Shown: positions 35,372 to 44,970 of the stretch, piece by piece
Layout of the letters: each line of letters opens with the position of its first letter
Numbering within the stretch: the stretch's first letter is position 1
Source of the DNA: a virus
Taxonomy: Duplodnaviria > Caudoviricetes
Length of the DNA stretch: 64,000 bases
Strand: one strand, 5' to 3'
Virus record (IMG/VR): IMGVR_UViG_3300033175_000001
Location: 13,325 to 77,324 of that record
Notes under the pieces: generated by a model
Told to the model about the DNA's origin: nothing
What the model saw: only the letters and a program-made list of their open reading frames with translations
The model's database searches: none
Translations under genes and position numbers: made by a program

Positions 35372-36742
35372 CTAAAATGGAATTTCTTCGTCCTCATCAA
35401 TAACTGCTTTATCAATGCCGACATTGTAATCTTTACCTTCAGTTAAAGACTCATCCTCGTCCCCAGAGAGTTCATAAGCCGATGCTGAACGCTCATCTGA
35501 TACACCTATGGATTCACGCAGCGTCATCGAATTAAAATCCAGCGTAGCCTGAAACTTTATAGGCTCCCCTTCTCTTAATTTCGTCAGCTTCACCCAAATC
35601 CTGTTTGTATAAGCTTCAGCAATGTAATCGTATATCCTGCCAAGCGAAACGATATTATCCGCATTCTGCGCCATACCTCCTGAATACGCTATATCATCAA
35701 CTGATTCATCACCCTTACTACCAGGCTTCGCTGATTTTTTCCAAGCCTGGGTAGTGGCTATAACCGGCACTTGATAGTTCTCTGCCGTTATTTTTAAACC
35801 TCTCGATATATGGTTCAACTGTTCCCACTGAGCCTTTCTCGAATTTGGATCATCATCAACCATAAGATAAATCCCGTCTATAAATACTATATCAGGCTCA
35901 TACTCTTCAATCTTTGCCTGGAGAAACAATTCCCCAAAAGAAACGCCGCCTATAATAATACACTCCGGCATACCCTTTATTAAGTCCATCCGTTGCTTAA
36001 ATGCCTCGATCTCCTTATCATCCTGGAACTGCCCACTACGAATCTTCTCAAACGCAGTTTTAGCTAAAATACTATCAAGCCTCCTGGCGACCTGGAACTG
36101 CCCCATCTCAACAGTTGCTATGAGAGGGCGATACCCTGCTTCCATGGCAGCTTTAGCCATGTGAAGTAAAGTCCATGTTTTATAGCTGCCTAAATACGCC
36201 TGAATAATATTAAATTCTCCTCCGTGCCAGCCATAAGTTGCCTGATCAAGTCGCGGCAATCCCGAAGGTATTCCGTCTACGCCCGGATTATCAATTCTGT
36301 ACTGATACCGCTCAATACGTTGCTCTACCGTCTTTGCGATATTCATATCTTTTGTTACAAACGTACTATCAACCTTTTTTACTTCAGAGCGTAAATATGC
36401 AATGCCGTCGTCAATTTTATCTGCGGCAAAAAACTCATCTGCCTTATCCATCGCACTCGCCACAATTCGATATCGTTTATGCTGTGCGATCTCATCCATA
36501 TAAAAAGCCAAAGGCTCTGGAACATCTATCTGTTCCTTTACCCCGAACTGCTTTTCAAAAGTCTTTCGGGACGGAAATGACTTATACTGCTTTTTATGTT
36601 TAACTACGAAAGACCAATAATCCGGACTGGTCATAAAATATGATATATCAATTCCCCTGTCACTCAACTGCTTAAATGCTGCATCCCTGCTCTTTGCATC
36701 CCCTTCCAAAACTTTAAGCATTAAAAATTTCTCTGGATTCAT
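35372..36742 (-). CDS. dnaB: DnaB-like replicative helicase
   Basis: AYLGSYKT Walker A, TVEM, VFIDGIYL, ISRGLKITA, IATTQ, KLTKLREG. Confidence 0.93.
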   Translation of the reverse strand: MNPEKFLMLKVLEGDAKSRDAAFKQLSDRGIDISYFMTSPDYWSFVVKHKKQYKSFPSRKTFEKQFGVKEQIDVPEPLAFYMDEIAQHKRYRIVASAMDKADEFFAADKIDDGIAYLRSEVKKVDSTFVTKDMNIAKTVEQRIERYQYRIDNPGVDGIPSGLPRLDQATYGWHGGEFNIIQAYLGSYKTWTLLHMAKAAMEAGYRPLIATVEMGQFQVARRLDSILAKTAFEKIRSGQFQDDKEIEAFKQRMDLIKGMPECIIIGGVSFGELFLQAKIEEYEPDIVFIDGIYLMVDDDPNSRKAQWEQLNHISRGLKITAENYQVPVIATTQAWKKSAKPGSKGDESVDDIAYSGGMAQNADNIVSLGRIYDYIAEAYTNRIWVKLTKLREGEPIKFQATLDFNSMTLRESIGVSDERSASAYELSGDEDESLTEGKDYNVGIDKAVIDEDEEIPF

Positions 36743-36745
36743 ACT

Positions 36746-37174
36746 TTAACCTTTCCTCCTCGCCAAATAAGGAAAATCATGAAATATAGAATTATGATCA
36801 AAACGATTTACCGCAAGCCAACCCAAAACCTTACCAACATTTGAATCGTCAGTTAATATAATGGTACGGTTAAATACCAGGTACTTTCTCAATCGATCAA
36901 TAGAACATTCAAGAATCTTAACCATATTCAAATCGTAAAAATCCCGAATATCTTCCTCTATCTTCCTACGATTCAATTTAAAGAGCTTAGGCTCCCTCCA
37001 AACCACAACATTAAAATTCTGCCATAGTTTTTCAAGGAGCCATATTCTCTCAACCTTTACTTCTTTTGAATCGTGCAAAGAATTAAAATCAACGACGATA
37101 GATGGATACTCAACTGAGGAAATATCTACCTCCTCATGTGACCCATTATCCTCAGTCCATAATGATCTTGGCAC
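36746..37174 (-). CDS. hypothetical protein
   Basis: ORF track; RBS present. Confidence 0.6.
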   Translation of the reverse strand: MPRSLWTEDNGSHEEVDISSVEYPSIVVDFNSLHDSKEVKVERIWLLEKLWQNFNVVVWREPKLFKLNRRKIEEDIRDFYDLNMVKILECSIDRLRKYLVFNRTIILTDDSNVGKVLGWLAVNRFDHNSIFHDFPYLARRKG

Positions 37175-37661
37175 GCTCTCCCTCCTCTACTTTCGGATAC
37201 AGCGCAGAGCTTTTATTCTCCTCAACAATCTTATCGTAATCCTTTTGTGTTATGAGTCCTGTATCCACAGCCTTTTGGACATCCTTAACATCCACTTCAA
37301 GGTTAGTCTCCAGAACAAAATACTTATCCAAACTTTCCAGGACTTTCTGCGGAATATTTGAATTCTTTGGACGGATGGTATAATAAACCTTACCGACCTC
37401 AACATTCTTCTTCTTACACACTTTTTCCAGCTCCTCGATATTGACCTTTCTACGAGCTGTTTTCCTGACCTCAAGAATCCTGCCATTACTCGAATGGACT
37501 GTAATACCCCGACTATCATATTCATCAATCAGCCGAATACGATGGCCGTCCATCAACTTCTTTGATTCGCTTTCGATAACTGCAAGCTCACAGTAATCTT
37601 CTACGACCTCATCGAAAGAAAGTTCATTTTCCACGACCTGACCTTTATCGAATGTTCTCAT
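37152..37661 (-). CDS. hypothetical protein
   Basis: ATG at 37661 with AGGAGG RBS. Confidence 0.65.
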   Translation of the reverse strand: MRTFDKGQVVENELSFDEVVEDYCELAVIESESKKLMDGHRIRLIDEYDSRGITVHSSNGRILEVRKTARRKVNIEELEKVCKKKNVEVGKVYYTIRPKNSNIPQKVLESLDKYFVLETNLEVDVKDVQKAVDTGLITQKDYDKIVEENKSSALYPKVEEGERAKIIMD

Positions 37662-37897
37662 TGAACACCTCCTATTATAATACGACTTCCACAAAATGGA
37701 AAATTCGTTTTACGCTCATTAAATAAGCAAACTGATTTACCGAATAATATTTTATACATTTCCCGGGAAGTTCACAAATAACCTCTTTATCAGTCCTCCC
37801 GATAATCTTCCAGACCTCCACCTCACCTGAAACGGCGCTTTAAACGTCGTCCCCGGATTGAGTTGGCATTCAATTATAGGATCACATGAAAATCCCA

Positions 37898-38401
37898 TTA
37901 CAACCTCGCTACAGGATCAAGGTATTCCATTAAACCAAGCTTTTCTAAAATCCACGCTTCTTTTTTGCCCAGACCAAGAGGATTACCCTCTAAATCAAAT
38001 AAATCATATTGATTCAAAGTTAAATCCAAACTCCTTGCCTTATTCCTGCAGATAATATTAAACTCCTTAGAACCTGTCAAAAACAATAGCCCCGCTCCCC
38101 ATTCTTTTGAACTAAAAAATCTTATATTCACAGGAAAACCGTCCAAATCAAAATCAAGATTTCTTGAACCCATTGCCCATGGATTCCCTCCAAATTTACC
38201 AACATGCCAATGCCACCAACAAACATCCTGGTCAAAAGCTACGATATCAATATCCCCGACAGTTTCTGCTCCTCTTCTAAAACTGCCAGCTATTTCAAAC
38301 TTCAGCCCTAAAGATTTAGGCTCTTCCAAAAAGGAAGAGACCCTTTTTAGGGCCTCCTCTCTACCAAATCTTATATTATCATTTTTTATCGATTTCTTCA
38401 T
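37898..38401 (-). CDS. minimal DNA polymerase X (palm + C-terminal domain only)
   Basis: IAGSFRRGAETVGDIDIV, GAGLLFLTGSKEFN, LTLNQYDLF, E..I...LGLMEYLDP..R. Confidence 0.88.
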   Translation of the reverse strand: MKKSIKNDNIRFGREEALKRVSSFLEEPKSLGLKFEIAGSFRRGAETVGDIDIVAFDQDVCWWHWHVGKFGGNPWAMGSRNLDFDLDGFPVNIRFFSSKEWGAGLLFLTGSKEFNIICRNKARSLDLTLNQYDLFDLEGNPLGLGKKEAWILEKLGLMEYLDPVARL

Positions 38402-38622
38402 TTTGAAAATATCTCCTCTACCATTTTTTCGGCTTTCATATAGGATTCGTAATCCTGCCCGGAAAATCCATTTTCCAACATTATCTCATCCCTTATACTT
38501 TCCATAAATCCATCTATCAAATTCTGGATTTCCTTTGTATATCCCGGATGGATATACTCTACAGCCGTTTTTGCTTCTTTTAACTTTTTAACTGCCTCAA
38601 TCAATTTTTCCTTCTGGTTCAT
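38398..38622 (-). CDS. hypothetical early protein
   Basis: First ORF after the promoter; AGGAGCC RBS. Confidence 0.65.
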   Translation of the reverse strand: MNQKEKLIEAVKKLKEAKTAVEYIHPGYTKEIQNLIDGFMESIRDEIMLENGFSGQDYESYMKAEKMVEEIFSK

Positions 38623-38668
38623 TTCTTGGCTCCTTAACTTTTTTTTACTTTTTTTTCTCTGTAAATTA

Positions 38669-38697
38669 AAAGTATAAAAAGATTTAAAAAAAGTCAA
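38669..38697 (-). promoter_or_regulatory. sigma70-type promoter TTGACT-17-TACTTT with T-rich UP region
   Basis: -35 at 38692-38697, -10 at 38669-38674; near-copy at 59620-59648. Confidence 0.75.
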
Positions 38698-38741
38698 GTA
38701 AAAAATTTTTTTCTTGCGGTTTTTTTAAAAAAAATGCCGGT

Positions 38742-39089
38742 TTATTCAATGTCGATTTCTGGAAGCTCGTCCTCCTGCACCTTTAATATATTCTCTCCAG
38801 CCTCATAACCTACTTCCAAAAATATAATTAAAGAGTCGTACACCTTCAGCGCATTTAACAACGTAACCAAGTGATCCAACAATTTAATATGGTTATCGTA
38901 CACAGCAGGACTGTTAAATTCTTGCGTAAATAATTTTCCCAAACCATACAGAGGGCTATGTTTTACCCCATTCGTAAACTCAAGACACGACTCAAGCTCT
39001 GCTAAAATAGAATTTCGCTCCTTATATAACTTATCGAGTTTATCCTCAATATTCTCTCCTAAATCCGCCAGCCTCTCTATTCCTGCCAT
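38742..39089 (-). CDS. hypothetical protein
   Basis: ATG at 39089 with GAGGG RBS. Confidence 0.55.
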   Translation of the reverse strand: MAGIERLADLGENIEDKLDKLYKERNSILAELESCLEFTNGVKHSPLYGLGKLFTQEFNSPAVYDNHIKLLDHLVTLLNALKVYDSLIIFLEVGYEAGENILKVQEDELPEIDIE

Positions 39090-39096
39090 TTCGCCC

Positions 39097-40206
39097 TCAC
39101 ATATTATTGTATTCAGTTCGCAACTCTGCTCTTCGTGATACCGCATCTGCCCTCGCTGCTTTAGCGTCCCTCAAACGTGATTGCAGGTTCTGGATTTCAA
39201 GTCTATCTTCTAAAGGCAACGCACCCTGCCGACCGGCCCTGATATTTAAAATCTGTTCGGTAAGCGTTCGTACCTTCTCGTCCATAGTGGCTACAATAGC
39301 CTGCTGCTCACGCCACATATCATACACTTCCCTCTTACGCTGTTCCATTTCAGGATCAATTTCACTCGGGTCTCGCCGTGCAGCTTGGTAAGGAATCGGC
39401 ACAACCTTACATCTACAATACGGGTGAGAATTTGGAACTTCGCCTACTCGAAAAATACCTTCTCTATGAACCAAAGGCAACTCTCGATATGGAACAAAGA
39501 TAGAAGTAGCAAACATTCTGCAAATCGGGCAGGTCTTCTTATCTCCGACAGCCATCCACTTAACGTACCCTATGCCTGCTTCCTCTGCCACATACTCTGT
39601 AATTTTACGCTGCGACCTTCCTACTTCTGAAGCAATAAGTCTGTCAGTTGACCTGGATAAAGAAAATGAATTATACCTCCCTCCATCTTCATAGTACCCT
39701 CTTCGAGTACCTTTAAGAGTATCTAAAATTTCTTTCGCTTTCTTCTTTTGGGTAGCCTCATCGCCTACTTTACGAATACGGTTAATCCCTCTCGTCAAAT
39801 CTCTCTCAAATCTATTTACTATCCTGGTAAGCCTTTGCTTCCTGGTCATGCCGAGAAAACTTTCCCGATTATACTTAGAAACAAATTTATCTTCAAGAGC
39901 CCTCGCCTGCGCCGGTGTAAATTTAATTCCTCGTTTAGCCAGCATTTCAGCATGATCCTTTATGGTCTTTTTAACCATGGATCGAATATTATCATCAAGG
40001 ACAGAATTTATATTATCCCTATAAGAACGAACAGCCGAAGTAACTACCTCCCTGATCTTCTTATTCTTGGAGGCAGTAGTTCGGCTATTTGCAATCGCTA
40101 CAATACTCTGGACATCTGGAAAATTCCGAATTTCCTGTTTCCTTTTATTCAGAGCCCTTATAACAATCTGATAATTAAAGTCCCTCTGCTTTTTGGTTAT
40201 TGCCAT
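39097..40206 (-). CDS. minor head morphogenesis protein (SPP1 gp7 / Mu gpF-like)
   Basis: YVKWMAVGDKKTCPIC and PNSHPYCRCKVVP. Confidence 0.9.
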   Translation of the reverse strand: MAITKKQRDFNYQIVIRALNKRKQEIRNFPDVQSIVAIANSRTTASKNKKIREVVTSAVRSYRDNINSVLDDNIRSMVKKTIKDHAEMLAKRGIKFTPAQARALEDKFVSKYNRESFLGMTRKQRLTRIVNRFERDLTRGINRIRKVGDEATQKKKAKEILDTLKGTRRGYYEDGGRYNSFSLSRSTDRLIASEVGRSQRKITEYVAEEAGIGYVKWMAVGDKKTCPICRMFATSIFVPYRELPLVHREGIFRVGEVPNSHPYCRCKVVPIPYQAARRDPSEIDPEMEQRKREVYDMWREQQAIVATMDEKVRTLTEQILNIRAGRQGALPLEDRLEIQNLQSRLRDAKAARADAVSRRAELRTEYNNM

Positions 40207-40209
40207 TCA

Positions 40210-42096
40210 TTACTTCCCCGGAGGGCTAAAAGTCCTCTTCTTCGCTATAGGCTGAGTCTGCTTTGTAGGAACTCCCTGAACCAATCCGGCCTCACCCTGC
40301 TCTGAAGCCTTATATGCCCGATACTCTTCCATCTCAAGATCAACCGGCTTCTCTGCAACCCTCTCAGACTCCTCATCAGCCGGCAATTCTTCCGGTAACT
40401 CCTCTCCCATTAAAACGCCAGAACCTTCTTCTGCAGCAAAACCTTCTCCGACCATTTCCCTCATGTTATCAGCAGTAAACTCTCCCATGGACTCCACTTC
40501 AAACATTTTATCTTCTTCAATCTCTTTGAATTTAGCGTCTATATCCTTAATACCTCGACGACGCATTGCTCCTTTTTTCGACTCAATGCCCATCTCCATC
40601 TCCATCTGAAGTTCCTGAAGTTCCTGCATTGAATCCCTCGGAAGATATTCAGCCCACTTTATTTCAACTTTATAGTAAGGATTAAATGAAAGCTCCTGAT
40701 ACAATTTATAGACCATATCATCTTCCTGCGCCATTAAATCATCTTCCTGAGTATCAGTACTCTCCGCAACCTCCACCTCTTGAGTAATCCTTATTTCTTC
40801 GAGCTGATCCCGCACATTAACATACCTGTCAACTCTATCCTGAAGATTAAGATTGAGATTAGTGTCAAGCATCTTCAAAGCATATTCGTATATCTGAACA
40901 AACCCGGCCTCATAACTTAAACGTTTCCTCCTGGTTAATCCTATCAATGGTAAATACTGTACCTGCAATGCTATACCAGTAGCATTTGAAATATTCTGAA
41001 AAAGCCCACTCGATGCTTCCGGTATACCACTCGTCAGATAAGCAAAATCCTGAAGCTGTTCCATCAGATCCTTTACAGCCGGAAAATTCTGCTGCCCGCC
41101 AAGCTGATCCACCTTTGCGTCCTTTGGAAACCCACTCCAAATCTTATTCGGTCCCCTGCGAAGATTCCCTATTTTTGCTCCGAAAATCAATGTTATAGGA
41201 CTACCATGATATTTCACAGAATCAAGATATTGCGAAGCCGCCTCATTAAGATTCAGGTTAAGATCAACAATGTCTACCAGATCACTTCTCCCATAAGTTT
41301 CCAGAGGAACTACCTGATTCCTAAAATGCACGACCGGAATAAAGCCCAAATCATTATCCGCCTCTTCTATAAGCTCCTGTTCAATATTATCAGCCGATAT
41401 AGACTCTACCGTTTTGAACTTAAAAAGCTGCTTAAATAGTTTCTCCGGCTTCCACGAAGAATCTTCATTCTCATCATCTTTCAGATACTCAACAAAAAGC
41501 TCTCGCTTTTCCTCCGTCCATACCTCTTTAAAAAGAACGTCCCTGACCGTACCATCCGGCCATGTGTACTCTCCTTCCCACACTATAACTGCTTGCTGAA
41601 GAACAGTCCTGTTCCTTTCAGACTTTCTGTACCGCACAAAGGTCTTTTCTGAATCCAATAACTGAAACCGCGGACTCTGTATATCCTCATCCCAGATAAC
41701 TTTCACAAAAGAATCCCCACATACACTTGCGTTCGTAACTACTTCAAGAGCAAATAATTCAATACCTGATTTCTTGTTGATATAAGCTATCACCGGAGCC
41801 ATCAGCTTTGAATACGCATCTGGAGCATAGACAGTAAAAGGTTTGCCGACAAGAAAATCAGCACTCCTATCTACAAAAGCCTTTGCCAGATTTATCTTTA
41901 CATCCTTTGGATTCTTCATCCTCGGATCAATATGAATCATATCATTCCGATAAGACTCCCAAAATTTTCTATAAAGAGTTATTCTATAAAACTCCCGGAT
42001 AAAATCTGGGTCATCTTTGAACAACTCCAAATCAACATCCATCTTATTCAAATAAAGACTTACCTTATCATATAAATCCAAATAAAAATTTCCCAT
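40210..42096 (-). CDS. portal protein (SPP1-like)
   Basis: NLAKAFVDRSADFLVGKP, FIPVVHFRN...YGRSDL, ATGIALQVQY. Confidence 0.93.
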   Translation of the reverse strand: MGNFYLDLYDKVSLYLNKMDVDLELFKDDPDFIREFYRITLYRKFWESYRNDMIHIDPRMKNPKDVKINLAKAFVDRSADFLVGKPFTVYAPDAYSKLMAPVIAYINKKSGIELFALEVVTNASVCGDSFVKVIWDEDIQSPRFQLLDSEKTFVRYRKSERNRTVLQQAVIVWEGEYTWPDGTVRDVLFKEVWTEEKRELFVEYLKDDENEDSSWKPEKLFKQLFKFKTVESISADNIEQELIEEADNDLGFIPVVHFRNQVVPLETYGRSDLVDIVDLNLNLNEAASQYLDSVKYHGSPITLIFGAKIGNLRRGPNKIWSGFPKDAKVDQLGGQQNFPAVKDLMEQLQDFAYLTSGIPEASSGLFQNISNATGIALQVQYLPLIGLTRRKRLSYEAGFVQIYEYALKMLDTNLNLNLQDRVDRYVNVRDQLEEIRITQEVEVAESTDTQEDDLMAQEDDMVYKLYQELSFNPYYKVEIKWAEYLPRDSMQELQELQMEMEMGIESKKGAMRRRGIKDIDAKFKEIEEDKMFEVESMGEFTADNMREMVGEGFAAEEGSGVLMGEELPEELPADEESERVAEKPVDLEMEEYRAYKASEQGEAGLVQGVPTKQTQPIAKKRTFSPPGK

Positions 42097-42107
42097 GGCC
42101 GCCTCCG

Positions 42108-42602
42108 TTAAACAAAATACACTCCGTAAATGAATCCCTTATGAATACATTTACTTGCAAAATCCATAATCTCACTATGCTCCCAAAAAGAAACACGTTC
42201 CGTAAACACGTTCCCGAACTGCGGCCCCTGAGATATAGGTTTCAAAGGTAAACACATAAGCAAACGTCCCTTCAAAGAATTTATTATCCGCATTGCTTCG
42301 TCTTTCTTCATTTTATCAAATACATTAAATCCTAAATACAAATCATAAGGCTCACACCAAAAATCAAATTTTCTTGCGTCACCCAACATTATATTACGAT
42401 AAACCGGAAGACCAAAAATGGCTCTCTTATAAGCCTTCTCTATGCTACGCTCATCTATATCCACCGCATCAATAACAACACTGGGCAAAAGCTCTTTTAT
42501 GAACTCGCCCAGTGCTCCCCAACCACAACCTATATCCAAGATAATCCGGGGCTGATCACCCTTTAAAAAATCAGCAGTAGACTTTAAATACTTCCTATCC
42601 AT
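42108..42602 (-). CDS. class I SAM-dependent methyltransferase
   Basis: ILDIGCGWG, DAVDID, GDAR; C-terminal H/ERVSFW. Confidence 0.88.
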   Translation of the reverse strand: MDRKYLKSTADFLKGDQPRIILDIGCGWGALGEFIKELLPSVVIDAVDIDERSIEKAYKRAIFGLPVYRNIMLGDARKFDFWCEPYDLYLGFNVFDKMKKDEAMRIINSLKGRLLMCLPLKPISQGPQFGNVFTERVSFWEHSEIMDFASKCIHKGFIYGVYFV

Positions 42603-43365
42603 GCGCTTCAGCTTCTAATCGACAAATTGCCAGAAGCCTTTCAGCGGCACTTGGACCAAGAACCTTTGAAACAATTTTAGCTTCATCTCCGTAAAAAGAG
42701 AAGTTGAACCTGAAAATATTCATTGCCTCTCTTTTTAACGTAGCCATCTCTTCCTGAGACTTTGCCTTCTTTATAAGCTCTTCCTGTTTCCTGACCGCAT
42801 CGGACGCTGCCTCGCTACCCACAAAAACCTGTGACCGATCAACAGAATTTCCATTTGAATCTTTCAGGATTTCAAACTGCTCATTGAACTCCTCATTAGC
42901 AAGAAGCTGAGGATCATTTATTTCATTCAATAACTTGCTCATTTCCACATCATCGAGCATTAAAGAATCCTGCGCTTCATCAAGAGCTCCCATCTTAACA
43001 AGATCACGAAGAACTGCAGCAGCCAGCTCTGCATCTTCTTCTCCGCGCGCCCTGTTATGCCGGAGAGTAGCAATCTTCATCTGCTCATCCGTCATCTCAA
43101 CAAGGACACACGGAATTTCAGTGAACCCTACCGACTGAGCAGCTCGCCATCTATGCTCACCATCAACTATAACCATATCCTGCTTTCTTACCAGAGCTGG
43201 AGTAGTAAATCCATCCTCTTCAATAGACCTGCACAAAAGCTCAAACTCATGTTCAGACTGCCTATTCGGATTATAAGCATTCGGCTTAATATCGTTAACA
43301 TTGATGTATACAACATCAAGATTCTCTAAAACCACATTGTTCTTTGCTATTTCTTTCTTAGCCAT
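42595..43365 (-). CDS. ParB/Srx N-terminal domain protein (IbrB-like)
   Basis: PNAYNPN, SIEEDGFTTP, IVDGEHRWRA, TLRHNRARG. Confidence 0.9.
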   Translation of the reverse strand: MAKKEIAKNNVVLENLDVVYINVNDIKPNAYNPNRQSEHEFELLCRSIEEDGFTTPALVRKQDMVIVDGEHRWRAAQSVGFTEIPCVLVEMTDEQMKIATLRHNRARGEEDAELAAAVLRDLVKMGALDEAQDSLMLDDVEMSKLLNEINDPQLLANEEFNEQFEILKDSNGNSVDRSQVFVGSEAASDAVRKQEELIKKAKSQEEMATLKREAMNIFRFNFSFYGDEAKIVSKVLGPSAAERLLAICRLEAEAHG

Positions 43366-44263
43366 TTATTACTTCCTCCTTCTGAGATTCCTCTGTAGCA
43401 AAATGGGCTTCATACTTCTTACAAAGCTCAACCAACTTAACTGCAGGTTGAAGGCCCAGGACTTCCTTAACAATTTTTGCCTCATCCCCTGTATAAGAAA
43501 CTGCTATACGGTAGATATCCTTTTTTATCTCAAAAAGAATTTTCGATTTTTCCGACTCGTTATCAACCAATGCCGCCTTCTGCTCGGCCAGTTTTACCGC
43601 CTCAACGACCTTCTGTGTAGAAGCCTCCATCCTCTGTGGATCAACCTGCTTTGCCTCTACTGATACTGTAGACTCTTTGCTCTTTGAGGAAATCCACGAT
43701 TCGCTGTAATCCTCGCCTGCCAGACCCTCTGGAACAGGTATATCATCCAGAAGAATTCTCATCTCTTCCTCTTCCATCATCAATGAATCCTGCGCCCAAT
43801 CCAGAGCGCCAAGTTCACGCAAGTCACGAAGCACTTCGGCTGAAAGAGCGATATCCTCGGAACCTCTTGCTCGGTTATGCCTCAGAGTAGATATCCGCAT
43901 CTGCTCCATAGTCATATCTACAAAAACAACAGGCACCTTATCGTAACCGAGATGCCTTGCCGCACGCCAACGGTGTTCTCCGTCTACGATAACCCGCTCA
44001 TTCCTGATTGCAACGATAGGCTGAGTAAATCCATCCTCAGTCATCGATTTAACCAGAAGCTCAAAGTCCCTCGGGTCCTGTCGATTAGGGTTATATGAAT
44101 TTGGTTTTAATTCAGCCACATCCACATAAACCACTTCCAATCTTTCGAGGGCTTTCGCCGTCTTCTCAACTGCTCTTCGTCCACGCTCCCTTATCTCCGG
44201 CTGAGGTCGCTGCCCGTCCGGGATAGGATTCCGTGTGCTTTGTTTTTCTACATCTACTGCCAT
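43358..44263 (-). CDS. ParB/Srx N-terminal domain protein (IbrB-like paralogue)
   Basis: PNSYNPN, SMTEDGFTQP, IVDGEHRWRA, STLRHNRARG. Confidence 0.9.
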   Translation of the reverse strand: MAVDVEKQSTRNPIPDGQRPQPEIRERGRRAVEKTAKALERLEVVYVDVAELKPNSYNPNRQDPRDFELLVKSMTEDGFTQPIVAIRNERVIVDGEHRWRAARHLGYDKVPVVFVDMTMEQMRISTLRHNRARGSEDIALSAEVLRDLRELGALDWAQDSLMMEEEEMRILLDDIPVPEGLAGEDYSESWISSKSKESTVSVEAKQVDPQRMEASTQKVVEAVKLAEQKAALVDNESEKSKILFEIKKDIYRIAVSYTGDEAKIVKEVLGLQPAVKLVELCKKYEAHFATEESQKEEVING

Positions 44264-44276
44264 ATTTCCGGCCTCC

Positions 44277-44966
44277 TCATAAATTATTTATAGTACAGTG
44301 CGCCCCGTATTTAGACCGCCTATAAATTGTTGCTCTTGAACCAAACAGAGAATTTATCCTCTCTTTGTAATCCTGATATGAAGGCATTTCATCAGATAAA
44401 AAATGCAATTCAAAAGTAGAGAAACGAGATTTCTTTAATATATCTACTCCCTCATCTGAGAAAAATAAACACTCCTCTCCTCCCTCGGCATCACATTTTA
44501 AAACAGCATTTCCGCCTTCAAATATATTTATGTATTTAGCGTGAAAATCTTTTATTCCCATTAAAGAAGCCAGTACATTCGATTCCTTACGAGCAAACGA
44601 CTCTTTACCAACTGTAGAATATAACGAAGACCCGTTACTATGAACATTGAACGTACCAGGCTCAAAACCAATTCCAATATTATATGATGAAACACCAGTT
44701 AAAAATTTTGTATTCTCCAAAAACATCTGATGAGTTGATTTTACAGGTTCAAAAGCAAACACCTTTGCGCCTGGATATAGCTTCTTAAATAACCTTGTAA
44801 ATACCCCTATATTTGCTCCTACATCAAAACAAACTGTATTATCGAACTCTCTGCCTTTAATCCTGTAAGAATCGTCATCAAATAATTCTTCGATGGTCAA
44901 CTTCAAATCCATTTTATTATCAGTAATAAATTTACCCATTGAATTATGCTCATAAATATCTATCAC
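44277..44966 (-). CDS. FkbM-family methyltransferase
   Basis: FDVGANIGVF, VFAFEP, LKCDAEGGE. Confidence 0.9.
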   Translation of the reverse strand: MIDIYEHNSMGKFITDNKMDLKLTIEELFDDDSYRIKGREFDNTVCFDVGANIGVFTRLFKKLYPGAKVFAFEPVKSTHQMFLENTKFLTGVSSYNIGIGFEPGTFNVHSNGSSLYSTVGKESFARKESNVLASLMGIKDFHAKYINIFEGGNAVLKCDAEGGEECLFFSDEGVDILKKSRFSTFELHFLSDEMPSYQDYKERINSLFGSRATIYRRSKYGAHCTINNL

Positions 44967-44970
44967 GCTA

